Shown piece by piece: positions 9,206 to 21,120 of a stretch of DNA of 41,197 bases. A program made the position numbers and the translations under genes. Under the pieces are notes generated by a model. It made no database searches and was not told the DNA's origin. It saw only the letters and a list, made by a program, of their open reading frames with translations. Within the stretch, counting starts at the first letter, position 1, and every line of letters begins with the position of its first letter. The stretch covers positions 27,849 through 69,045 of the forward strand of contig MU271417.1 in NCBI GenBank assembly GCA_021432655.1, read 5' to 3'. This DNA is from Atractiella rhizophila. Lineage: Eukaryota.

Positions 9206-12144
9206 ATGTCAGAGGCGCTAGGGTCTACAATACCCGCTCTCGAACGACACGCTGTGTCCGTGAGCTTGCCAACATGGAAAGATGTGGTTGACTATGAGCT
9301 GGGGGAGAAGAGGGTGATCGGGAGCATGAACAGTGGGTATCCGAGGTTTTTTTGGCATCAGGATGTTCAAAAGGTGTGTCTTTCTTGTTGTGAGGAGAAT
9401 AAGTGGATTGGGAAGTGTAATGAGCCTCTGTATTCTGTGTCGGCGGAGTCACAATGCTGCATGCTTTATTTGTGTTGCCAGGTTCCTTGAGGTTGCAAAT
9501 ATTGAATACGTGTCGATATATATTTATTTGGATCAAAAACGGTTGAAAGAGGCTCTTTAGGAGTCCCTTCCTCCGTCAATCCTGCAAACTTAGTCCGTGA
9601 GCTATGTTTTGGGCATATTTCTATACTCATGTTTTAAATCAGGGGGGAAATGTGGTAACATGACTTATTTTAACCGCGAATAAGCGTATCCCTTTCTTAC
9701 ACTAAGCTAGGAAATGGCACAACTTCTTTATCGTATTTCGACGTTTAGATCAAAAGGGGTTGTACGTAGTTGACAATGATTCAGTTATCTATCCCGTCTT
9801 TTGACCATCGTGCTCGGATTATTTCACTTGTAGCGTATCGATTTGAGATTCCTTCGTTGGTTCTCACTATCATTTAGTTCCCATGCAATCATCTCATCCA
9901 AGAATAATGTGGTTATCTTGCATCTGCTCTCGAAAAATCAGTGGTTGTGATGACTTTTCGTGTCCTTAAGTAAGGCTATCAATGTAGCTTTTCTCCATCC
10001 GTGAGATTCTTTGTCGCCATTTTAGTGCGCTGGCCAGGCCAGATAAGGCGATTAGCGCATCCCATTATTTGCTGCCAACTTCGCACGAGTTTTCTCTGAA
10101 ATTGAGGGCCACCGAATGTGTTACCAATCGTCGTAACTTTCGTGACATGAAGTTCTGCTAGCGGGTTTGTTTTTTGGTACATTTTCTCCCGACACTATCC
10201 CTCAATACCTCATACTGTTCGTGCTGTCCAGTCATTTGCGCTGCCACAAGAAAAGCTTCGGATCTTCGCTATGATTCGCAATCGCATTCTGCCACCACCC
10301 TGTTATATGGGACACAAAAACTGACTTACTCCTCTCACGTTTGGGTTGATAGTTATGCCGCATCATCGAAACCGAATACGGTTCTCAAAATCATTCAGAA
10401 CGCTGTATATTATTCCCAATTGGCTCCTCAGTGGAAGAATGTCTCAACTTCCTCTCCTCCCGCACTCCTCCCGTCAAAAGTCGATCGCTCCCAATCGACA
10501 TCGAGAAACGCATCCGGCTCTACGCAGTCTTTGTAGCCGAGGACGATTTTGGAAGGATCAAAGAGTTCTGGCAGCACACTGGGGAAGGGATCAGCAGTCG
10601 GTTCGCTGCCAGGTGCCTCAAACTTCTGAAGGACAAGGAGGAGGCGACGGGCAAAGAACGGAGAAGATCCCAAGACACGCCTTCGTCCCCAACGTCGACC
10701 GCGTCCCGCTCTTGGAAGAGCAGATACCAGAATAAAGCGATTTCGCCAATCTTCACCCCTTCACCCCCAACCTCTCCCACGACCTCGTCTCCCGTCCTTC
10801 AATCCAAATCAACACAGGAGGAACTAGACGAAGATGCGGATTTTTATGTGGAGGAGCGATACGGAAGGAATCTACCCACGAATCTAGGGGAGGAGGCGAA
10901 GCTCACGGTGCGCAAGCGGATAGCAGGTGTATTGGGTGATCAGCTTGAAGAAACGAGCCTTCGGAATGGTTTGACCGAGGACGATGTATACTTGTATCCG
11001 ACGGGCATGACTGCTATCTTCAGAGCCCACGTCATGGTGAGAGAAGAACGGAGGGCGAAAGGGAAAGAGGACGCAAAGAGTGTAGTTTTCGGGTACGGGT
11101 TTCTCACATTTGTCACTTAAGCGAACAGTCCTCATTGTGCCTTGTCTTCCTTCCTTCCCCAGGTTCGTCTACGGTGATACTCTAAAGCTTATGGAAAAGT
11201 TTGGACCCGGATGTCACTTTTTCCCATCGGGCCAGGAGGAAGACCTCAATGCTCTCGAGAGGTTATGCGAGAAGGAAGAAATTGTCGCTCTCTATTGCGA
11301 ATTCCCATCGAATCCTCTACTCAAGTCATCTGATCTGCGGCGCCTAAGGGAGCTGGCGGATCGGTTCGGATTTGCCCTCGTCGTCGATGATACCGTCGGC
11401 AACTTTTGGAACATCGATGTCCTGTCGATGGCGGACGTCGTTGTTAGTTCCCTCACAAAGATCTTTAGTGGAGACTGCAACGTCATGGGTGGAAGGTGCG
11501 ATTAACCTACCTCACTGAATGTGCAGTCGACGCTGACTCCATTACACAACAGCCTGATATTGAATCCAACCTCACAACTGTACGGCACGCTGAAGAGGAG
11601 TATCGAGGCCACATATACTGATGCCTATTTCTCCGAGGATGCTATATATATGGAACGCAACTCACGGGACTTCATCAAACGAATCAAGAAGATCAATAGG
11701 AACGCCGAGATGTTATGCGACTTCTTTGAGTCCTCCCGCCTTCATCCTCGCACCCAAAAGCAGGTGATCAAACTAGTCTCCTACCCAAAATTCGCCACGC
11801 CACAAAACTATGCGCGTTGTCTACGTAATCAATCTACAAGCGAGGAAAACTCGACGGTGGACAAGCCTGGATACGGTGGCCTCTTCTCGCTTACTTTCAT
11901 GTCAGTGAACGCGGCAGCGGCATTCTACGACAACATGCCATTCTCAAAGGGACCGTCGCTCGGAACCAACTTCACTCTCGCCTGTCCTTATACGGTTTTG
12001 GTACACTTCAACGAGCTGGAATGGGCAAAGAACTACGGAGTCGAGCTGGCGTTGGTCAGGGTTAGTGTGGGGATGGAAGATGAGGCGACACTTAGAAATG
12101 GCTTTGAGAAGGCTCTGAAAGCCGCAGAGGAAGCAGCGGAATAG
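9206..12144 (+). CDS. STR2: Cystathionine gamma-synthase (fungal Str2/Met-7 type, PLP-dependent)
   Basis: Exons 9206-9373, 10353-11092, 11163-11495, 11553-12144. Motifs: [55 protein letters not shown]-lysine [32 protein letters not shown]. Confidence 0.93.
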
Positions 12145-12536
12145 AGGGAAGACAATAGTTTGCTTCAAATTATATATCTGTATTTCTCATGACCACACAG
12201 TATCAATACTTGCAACATAGTAGCAACACCAGCACCACAATATCAAGGTCATGTGATTTCTTAACTTTGTTTGTGCCTTCTGTGCAAACAAGATCCATTT
12301 TCCGCAGCACCACCTAACCAACTTCAAGAAGCCTGAAGTCTTGACGCTCATCGTTTCCCTTTTCTCTAGCGAAGAAATCGATAGACTCCCCTGAAACACA
12401 CGAATCACAAACGTTCGCCAGCAACTTCACAACTTATAATTACCTCGGTTTGTCCATTCGCTGGTGGGAAAGAGTGCTGACAGTGCGGTAAGCGTGAGCG
12501 GTAACGAAATACAATACTTAAAGTTGTATCGCCGCT

Positions 12537-14662
12537 ATGGCGAACGATTCAACACAAATATTAGATGAACCTGGAAAGGATGTTCTGGATCCAACACCGC
12601 TGGATCCGCTTCTGGGAGGAGCAGCGGTGGCCTCTCCTCCACCTGAAATTCCCTGTGGTGTGCCTTTTCTGAATCCCCTAACAGAGCTGGAGTATTAACC
12701 TACATAACGCAGATGAATGTAAACTGCAAAACGTGCGCCACCTTTGTTCCTGGTTCCTTCTTTCTTCACACAACTACAGAAACCGTGCCGCTCGGTGGAA
12801 GGAATCTGCGAACTCTGTGCATCCTATAATCAAGCATGCACGTATGCCTGAGTCTGCTACTACTAGTTCCGCTTCGTACTTATGAGACACAGATTTAGTG
12901 CTGAATCGGTTGACCCAGCAGCCGCTGATGTTGGTCCTCCAGCTGAAGCCGAAGCAGAGATAGCGCCTTCATCTTTGAAAGGAACCAACACACGCTGTGG
13001 TATGCTTTTCGTTTCCAATTCGTTACCTAGAGCTGAAGAGACAATTTATTTACAAATAGTGCACTGCAAGAACTTTGGCGTGCGTGGTCGCCACCCTCCT
13101 GCTATATTGCCAATATTGGTGTTGAGAGAGGGCTCCAGGCGAAATGCAAGCCTAACGATCCGGCAAATCCTAACGGGCAATGTCGACGGTGTACGCAGCA
13201 AAAATTGGAATGCTTGTAAGCACGTTGCCATTTGGGTTGATTGACCATTGATGGATATGTAGGAGAGCCCCAAAAGATGGTCGGTATTACCGTTGGCACC
13301 CTGATGCGAACGCCATACCGCAAGAGTCGTGCGCTATTTTGCTCTTCTATTTTTGAAAGTAATGATGACGATGTGTTGGATGGTACAGGTTGGAGAGCGG
13401 AGGAAAGAGGATCCGATCTTCTGTGGCCTGCAGTAAGCCTCTAACTTGCTTTTCCGAAGGACATGAACTCAAAGCTTCTTTAGCACACTGCAAAACAGCT
13501 AAGGTCGGAAACCCCTAGTCGACCGAGCTGAATATAACTGACTGATTGATCAGCGAAAATGCGAAATGGTACCAGAGCAAGGAGCTTGCACGAATTGCCT
13601 CCGTACGGGAGCTGAATGCGTGTTGGTCCTCTCCTTTTTAACGTTGCTCCGAGTGATGTGCCGTTTAGTGTTGCCCCTACCTTTGGGCGATGGAAACGCT
13701 GGCATCCTGGTAGTCCGCCGCCCGGGGCGAAGAGGGTTAGAAATGGCGAAGCCGTTGCAAACTCGCCCGACGTGGTCATGGCTTTAGCTTCGGTGCTGGG
13801 CACCGGCCCAGGAAGCGAGACAGAAGGCAACGCGTCAAATTCAAACCATTATCCCGACTTCGAAGCCTCACACCTCCATCCATCTGGAGTAGAGGCTGAG
13901 ACTGAGGGCGTTTCCCTTCCTCGCGCGGATGAAAAGCCGGTTCATGCAGCACAACAAGAAAGTCAGGAAGATCCGAAAAATCATGATGAAGAAGACTTCT
14001 CGTTTGTGTATCAACGACAATCTTACACCCAACCGGAACTCCATCCTCAACCGCAGCATTCGGCAGCGCAGGGAGATAATGTTCCCATGAAGAGTCCACA
14101 TCCTCCTCCCACTCAGGTATCATTCGTCAATTATACCGCCAATCTCGCAATGGGGAAACCGATGTTCAGATCTATCTCCGCCGGCGCAAAGAACGCCTAT
14201 TCCACAAACTGTGGTTTGTCTCCGCCCTTCATTCCTTGTGGTTACGATTGCTGAACATGATGCTCATTGAGTAGACTACTGCAAGCGTCGAAAGGTTGGT
14301 TGCTTGTTCATTTTCTGCAGAGGGTTTAAGGCTCGAACGGAAAACAGAAAAAATGCGATCGATCCCCTGAATTGAATGGAGGTTGCGAAGGATGTCGAAA
14401 GGCAGGCTTGGTCTGCATGTGCGTCGTTTGGTTTCTCTACCCATCTTTGCTCAACGAATGGTGGGAGAGCAGAACAACTCCAAAGACCACAAGGAAACAG
14501 CTCGTCGCACAGATGCAGAAGAGGGAAGTAGCCCCCCAGCAGATGCCTATGGCGCCTGATCCAGAAGAGGTGGATGTCAGTAACGTCCCTATCCAAGACG
14601 ACTTAGACATCCCAGTCGATCCGATATTCTCTGCTTCATTGGCTATGACTTCCGCTGAATAG
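12537..14662 (+). CDS. Zn(II)2Cys6 protein with four tandem binuclear clusters (14 exons, four 20-nt micro-exons)
   Basis: Exons 12537-12657, 12713-12732, 12780-12841, 12893-12999, 13060-13079, 13139-13215, 13263-13328, 13389-13432, 13484-13503, 13554-13621, 13669-14213, 14275-14294, 14348-14418, 14473-14662; all introns GT-AG. Splicing yields four Cx2Cx6Cx6-11Cx2Cx6C motifs. Confidence 0.88.
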
Positions 14663-15549
14663 TGAGTCGCTTGAGAGCTGTGTGATTGATGTTGGACTGA
14701 ATGACCACTCAGATATCTCCTAATCTTCCATGTTCTGAACCTTTTTTGATCGCTGGAAGTATCACTTTGCAATTTTTTGAGTTTTTAGTTCTCTCAAATC
14801 TGTCAAATATCGAAAATATTCAATTGTGACCATGACTTGCTTTCTTTCATTGAGATATTAATTCAACATCAAAGGGATTTGAAACTATCAATGAGACCGT
14901 ACGTATCGCTCTGAAGGAATCACTTGATTTTGTAGACCGTCCGCAAGATTGGACAAAGCAATATCTTCTCCTCTTGACTCCCGGTAGATTATTCCTTTAG
15001 AACCCTGACTCAAAATTTCAAAATAATCGTCCTAGTCTAACGCTGAAGCTCTATCTTGCGACATATTTAGCGAATATATGCGATCTGTGAGCAATACCCT
15101 ACGAGATGGGTCAGTACACATGCTTGCAGGCCATAAACAATGGCTTTTTCTGAAGATATCGGACGCTCAATTAAATCTCCTCTCCTGTTTCCTTGTTTTG
15201 CGTTGTTGGGATTGCCCAAGAGCTTGACATGACTCAACAAAGTGGACAGTTTGCGTTCGGACCTTTATTTTAGGTTAAATTGTTGCAAACAAAGACAACA
15301 GCTTTCTTCCCTTCTTTCCCTTCAACGCCTCTCCGATTAGCATCTCGAACCTCCCTGACCAAGCGGATCATAGCAAACCGCTTCACTTCGCGATATTCTA
15401 ATATCTACATCATCTGTAAATCCCTTGACGATTTGATCTGCGTAATTCTTTTCGCATTTTGCAGTTGACAATATTCCCACCAGTACGTATTCCTCTCACC
15501 TTGTTGCAGTAGTATAGACATCTTGCGAACTCAGTTTGAACCAGGTACT

Positions 15550-17283
15550 ATGGCTACTCCAACCGCTGCAACATCAACAGCAGCAGTATCAGAGGAGATA
15601 CCTGCCTCTGTCCACGACACGCCTCCGACGAGCGAGAGGGATGCAGACGCCACCTATCTTACATACAGCGTATCAGAAAGCGCTTCGACCTATCCTCGTA
15701 ACCCAGGACCGACGAAGAGAAAATACAAAGCTAGAAACTCGACTCGAAAGAGCTGTGGTTTGTCTCTTTGTCATGCATCGCTCTCGTCGCTTCCTGATTC
15801 CTTGTTCCATGTGACATTAGAATCTTGCTTCGAAAGCAGGAAGAAGTGTGTCCTAGGAGTTCACAATCCCATTTGTGATTCTTGTTTCCGTCACAAGCGG
15901 ACTTGCATCTTCTCTCGCCCACCGCCATCGCTCCATCTCGAGCCTGGAAACCCTCGGCCTGTTGAAGGGACAACTTTCGGACTCGCGCTTGTCTACTTTC
16001 TCATCCAATTTCACCTTCAGCGTCCTGATAGAGAGGTCGTCATACAATCCCTCCAACAGGTGGCGGAGGAGCACAATTTCGGTTGGAGAGTTCCAGAAGG
16101 AGTGAATGAGAAAGTGCTTATAGACAACCTTCCGTTACTGTTGCATGAGGGGAAGGTCATCGATGTTTGGAAGCTATTGAACGTAGAGGATTTGGCATCT
16201 GCTAAGACGATCGAAGGTCGTGAAAGGCGGGAAGAAGGGATGGAAGGATTGAACGAACAAGTTAAATCACAGGACGACTTCAACAGCACTCAAGAATCGC
16301 AGAATGAGGACGTGCAGGTGGAAGTCGACCCTGAGCTTGTCGATCAGACGCCATCTATACCAGTGGATCCTCATTCTTATTCATCTGGAAACGGTAGTCG
16401 TTCTCACTCCTCTTCTTCATCAAGGCACCAACGTCACATACAGGACTCCCTTCTCCTGCAGCCGCATCTGAACCCATACTCGATCCCTCCCACTCCATCG
16501 GCACCAGTTCTCTCTCCGAACGAAAGGCCCGAAAACGATCATCTGCTCCCCGCAACGAAAAGCGTATCAATTCACCCCCAAGGCAAAAGCGGCGTCGTAT
16601 CTCCCCACAGCACCCATCTCCCGATGGGGACAGGTACATTGCAACATCCCCGCCCACAGTCAGCAATCCGAAACCAAAGTCATCCTCAAGCACGACTGCA
16701 ACCGCCCCACGCGAATCCTTCGCTCGTACCCACGACCACAATCACTCGAGGGAGGGCTCCTAGCCTTCCGCAGTCGCTTTCCTCCACCTCTCTTTCCACA
16801 GATCCACCCTCACTTCCACAACATGTCTCTCAAGGTGACGCTTCTCCATCGACCACCATGTTCGAGGCACCTCATCCACTTTCTCCTCCCCCATCGGAGG
16901 TCTTCGGGCTCAAATTCACCCCTCCAAAAACCGAGACTTTTCAACGCACACATTACCCTTCTTTTCAGTCCGAATTCATGCCTCACCCCAATGACGACAA
17001 GAAGGATGGTCGACCTTCTAAACGCCTCAAAGTGGATTCTGCTCATGGCCGCGAGACGTACCAGCAGGGTCCTGACCATCACCCACTTCCTCCTCCTTCT
17101 CCTCGGCAGCGCACTAATCATCTCCACCTGTCTCCCATATCTCACCAACTGCAGAGCGCAATCAGAGATCACGGGTCTTACTCACATACCGAAGAAACAG
17201 GAAATGATATTCCTGTACAATTGCCCCCGCTCGGAGATGTCGAAGAAGGTGGGAGGAAGAGACGGTGGAATGAAGATAGATGA
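15550..17283 (+). CDS. Zn(II)2Cys6 protein with a single cluster and a long Pro/Ser/His-rich C-terminus
   Basis: ATG at 15550. Removing the 63-nt in-frame intron 15758-15820 (gtttgt...gtgacattag) gives RKSCESCFESRKKCVLGVHNPICDSCFRHKRTC. Confidence 0.85.
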   Translation: MATPTAATSTAAVSEEIPASVHDTPPTSERDADATYLTYSVSESASTYPRNPGPTKRKYKARNSTRKSCGLSLCHASLSSLPDSLFHVTLESCFESRKKCVLGVHNPICDSCFRHKRTCIFSRPPPSLHLEPGNPRPVEGTTFGLALVYFLIQFHLQRPDREVVIQSLQQVAEEHNFGWRVPEGVNEKVLIDNLPLLLHEGKVIDVWKLLNVEDLASAKTIEGRERREEGMEGLNEQVKSQDDFNSTQESQNEDVQVEVDPELVDQTPSIPVDPHSYSSGNGSRSHSSSSSRHQRHIQDSLLLQPHLNPYSIPPTPSAPVLSPNERPENDHLLPATKSVSIHPQGKSGVVSPHSTHLPMGTGTLQHPRPQSAIRNQSHPQARLQPPHANPSLVPTTTITRGRAPSLPQSLSSTSLSTDPPSLPQHVSQGDASPSTTMFEAPHPLSPPPSEVFGLKFTPPKTETFQRTHYPSFQSEFMPHPNDDKKDGRPSKRLKVDSAHGRETYQQGPDHHPLPPPSPRQRTNHLHLSPISHQLQSAIRDHGSYSHTEETGNDIPVQLPPLGDVEEGGRKRRWNEDR

Positions 17284-17574
17284 CTTCCTTGGCTCACACT
17301 TCTAGAGATTGTTTTAAGTTCGATTATCAAATATTGGCGAGATCAGACGAGGAAAGAAAATGTAACTAGCTTTTGGGCTTCATCTTCGAATTTCAATGCT
17401 AATATGTTGACTTTGTGTTTGATGGCAATGGAGAGTTAGCTGGGAGTTGTCACCCTGGACGATTACGATGACGGGACGTCTAGATTGATACGGAGATGAA
17501 TCCATTATTAGAGATGCATAACATTTTCGTATATAATATCAAGGATAATGCCTTAATCCGTCATAGAACCAACT

Positions 17575-18335
17575 TCATTCTAGCCTCTCCAGAAACGCCA
17601 ACCGGTCCAGAATTACCGTCTTTGACGTTTCCTGTATTTCTCCTGCGAGGAAGATTTCGTCGAGGATAGCGTACACCTTTCAGGAAGAATATGTACATCA
17701 GGCAAAACGAGAAGCAATAAAGATACGACCATCAGAGGCAAGGTACGTACTCGGTAGAAATTGAATACTAGATCGAGCTCGTTGACGTTTTCGAAGAATG
17801 CGTCTACGCGCGAGCATTATACCGGCAAGTCATAATGAAGACAATGCAGACGAACCAAGGACCTCAACGAAGAGATGGATGGCCTCCAAATATGCTAGTT
17901 CGTTGTCCTGCGCGTCGACACATACACAAAAAAAGAGGCCGGCATATCGCCTGTAAACAATCTTGAAGGTCCTATACTAACCATCAAGGATAATAAGCAG
18001 TAAACAGAAAGAGGGAAGAATAGGGCAAACTTCGACGAAGTTCGACTGGTACTTCTGGTCTCGAGGAGCAACGAGGCGCTGAACTTCGCCTCTTATTCGC
18101 ACCTGAATTGTCCTCATGATCAATATCTCATTTCAAAGACCTACAGGACCTTTACCTTTTCCTCATCATCGTAAGGCGTGTACCATTTCGACAACCTAGT
18201 CTGTCTCGGTGTCAACATGTCCACCCACCTAGGCGAAGTAAGGCACGCACTTTGCCCTGCCGGTTCTGCATCTCTCTTAGATGCAGCACATGCTGGAACA
18301 GAGAGACTGACCTGTACAAGGATGAAATTGATCAT
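17575..18335 (-). CDS. APS2: AP-2 adaptor complex sigma subunit
   Basis: Multi-exon: [127 protein letters not shown]. Confidence 0.92.
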
Positions 18336-19055
18336 TTCTCACTCTGGAAGTGGAAGGGATAGAATATACAGCACGTGCAAAGGATTGTTCACACTAAGCA
18401 TTCTTTCCCCCTTAGTTACGTTTAACTCTGATCCGAATGGCAACCATGTCCTCTTTGATTGATGACTGTGGATCTGCTAGCTAACACGAGATGATTTAAG
18501 GATAAAAAGGATCCAGTCGATGTTAGTCAATGTTACCCGTCTGATTCACTCGATGGCGTGGCGCTACCTTTCCATGGGAACGTCCACAGCTGTCCATCCT
18601 CAACGCCATTTAACTCAGCCGGTTTCTGTCTATATACAAATGAGCATGAAAGCTCATACAGAAAAGGGGTTTACTCTGTTGCCTAACACCAGGCGGGAAA
18701 TGACAGCCGAAAGTAATTTGCACCCTGTAATGCTCACGCTCTTGTTTCCTTGATCACGTTTAGCCTTGCCCCTTCAGTACTGCACGGATAACCCTTCGAT
18801 GTCGATCATCGCGATTGACAAGGAAGCAAAGTCCTGGTTGACAACGACTCACTGTTCCCTCAAAAGCTTTGTCCTCAATGAGATGAGAACCCCTCCCAAC
18901 CAGTGGTTGTTTGATTCTGAGTGGCGTTCTGTGACACGTCCCTTACCTTTTCCAGCTTTACGTTTTCAGGCTCAGTTGCGTTCGAGGTTGAACCTCTCAG
19001 TTTCGCTCCTTCCGCTCACACACCGATACCAAAACAGATAGAATAAAAAATTGAA

Positions 19056-20874
19056 ATGCTTCTTCTCTCCGTCGCTCTCACCCTCCTGCCATTCTCACTC
19101 TCTCTTCCCATCCCTGTGCCCAAACATGGGCACGTAAAGAGGATCGCACAGGTTATTTCGGATGCGACGAAAGATTGGGAACAGGCTTGTGTACGTCTTG
19201 CTCAGTGTTCCGTGAAAATTGTTATGTGCCACTGACGGTGGTGAGGGACAGTTAACAGCAGGCGGAGGACAACAATGTAATCCTCTCTCTCAAACCGCGT
19301 TCAGCTCGCTCCTAGCTGCTGGGGACAAGTGCGCGCAACAAAATGCCGGTTCGTTTTTACCTCTCCTCTCATCTACATTTACTGATATCACTGGACAGCC
19401 GACGACATGGTCTCACTTGCAAAGACGCTCAATAACGACAGTGAGATGATCCGTCTTGCCCAACTCTTCGTACAGCAACCACGTAACGCTCCCGATTCGC
19501 TTCAAGTACCCTACTGCAACAAAGCGCCGGAAAATGTTGAGCTCGACGGTCTATTCCATTGCCAATTCGCTGGTAGCGACTTCACCAAGTTTTCTGGAGA
19601 TCAGACTGCCAATGTCCCATTGGGAGTGAGCACCGTGAACCCACCTGGAAGCTGTCCTGCAAATCTAGATGATCCCGTGAGTCCCTCGTTCCATTCTGTT
19701 CGGTAACAGGAGGAAGAGCCGGTCTTGATGGGCAATTTTGTTGTGTGCCTGCAGGTTCCTGATGGCGTTCAGCTTAATACGATTACATCCGATCCTGGAG
19801 TCGCTAACGCGAGTACCAGTGGCACAGTCGCTGATACTGGCGTTGGGAAAGCCGATACCAGTGCTTCTGATGCCGGAGACGATGACGAGGACTGCGTCGA
19901 CAAAGATGAGGGCAACGGAACGGCATGTTACCTCCACTTTCTATTAGTGATGATGCTAATTTATTGGCGTAGGATACCGATACCTCCGCCACAACATCGT
20001 CCACCCCCGCTCCAGTTTCCACTTCGGCTACATCCACGGGAGCCGTAGCGTCTGGCGGATCAGTCCAAGCTCGTGCGTTCCTATCCCCTTCTGCTTCACA
20101 CTCAGTCTTATTCTCCTCCCAGAAAATGCGGCTGATGCTCAGAAGCTGAACGTCCAATTTGCCACTTTAACCAGTGCTTCCACTTGTGATCCTAATGTAC
20201 AAGCGGCCGCGTGCGTAAACGGAGCCTTCGCCCAATGTGTCGGCTCTTCATTCGTCGTTTCCTCAGCTTGCTCAGCTGGAACGGAATGCTTCGCGCTTCC
20301 CCTTGTGAACTCGAGGGGAACTAGTGTAACTTGTACTACCCAAGGGGATGCCCAGCGGAGATTTGACGCTGCTGGAGTTACTGGTGGTCCCCTGGGACAG
20401 GGATCCACGACTTCTACCGGTATAAAAGTGGCTGACGAGAGTAATACTGCTGCAGCCAACTCCTCGCCTCCCCCTACGACAGCAGGGAGCACTGCCACGC
20501 CCGCTGTCACCTCTGAAGGAGAAGCATCCACCACGACAGGGTCCCCCAGCGGCACACCATTCCAAGCGCGTATGTTGCTCCTCCATCGTTCATCGATAGC
20601 ACCTGAAAAGTATGATGTGGCAGAAAACAAGCTCGATGCTCAGGCCCTCAACACTAAATTCGCTTCTCTTACCACTTCCTCAACCTGCGACACTGCAACT
20701 CTCGCCAACGCCTGTGTAGGTGGCGCTTTCGCCCAATGTGTCGGAACCAATTTCGTCACGACACCTTGCACAGGTGGGACTTCCTGCTTCGCCTTGCCTC
20801 TTGTCAACAAGGCCGGAACGAGCGTAACTTGCACCACGGAGACAGATGCGAGGAGTAGGGGAGGGCTCGCTTAA
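19056..20874 (+). CDS. Secreted Cys-rich protein with Ser/Thr-rich linkers and two C-terminal CBM19-like repeats
   Basis: Hydrophobic N-terminus MLLLSVALTLLPFSLSLP and a KR dibasic site, then a Cys-rich domain (WEQAC..QCNP..DKCAQQNA..QQPRNAPDSLQVPYC..LFHCQF). Two repeats of the form DAQxLNxxFAxLT..C..ACVxGAFAQCVGxxFV..C..GTxCFALPLVNxxGTSVTCTT at about 20123-20370 and 20624-20850. The CBM19 label is from recalled family resemblance. Confidence 0.8.
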
Positions 20875-21120
20875 GGTGGTATGTAGAGGTGTGTACAGAT
20901 AAAGGGAACAAGAAAAATGAGTACAATTGCATCGAGATGTGAAACTCAGGACACATTTTGCGAGATATTAAACATGTTGCTTTCTCGACATCTCACCATG
21001 CACCTACATCGCAAATAGGTATCAACTGTGACATTGGCAACACTGAAGTAAAGACAACAGAGATTCTTATCATCACTTCTCCTTCACAAAAAAATACGGA
21101 AATGTGTATCATTCAATGAT

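Noticed and set aside
9947..10113. Possible box C (GTGATGA) and box D (CTGA) snoRNA in the long STR2 intron
   Set aside because: The terminal stem is not properly placed and I recognised no rRNA guide; these short motifs arise by chance. Needs snoscan or Rfam.
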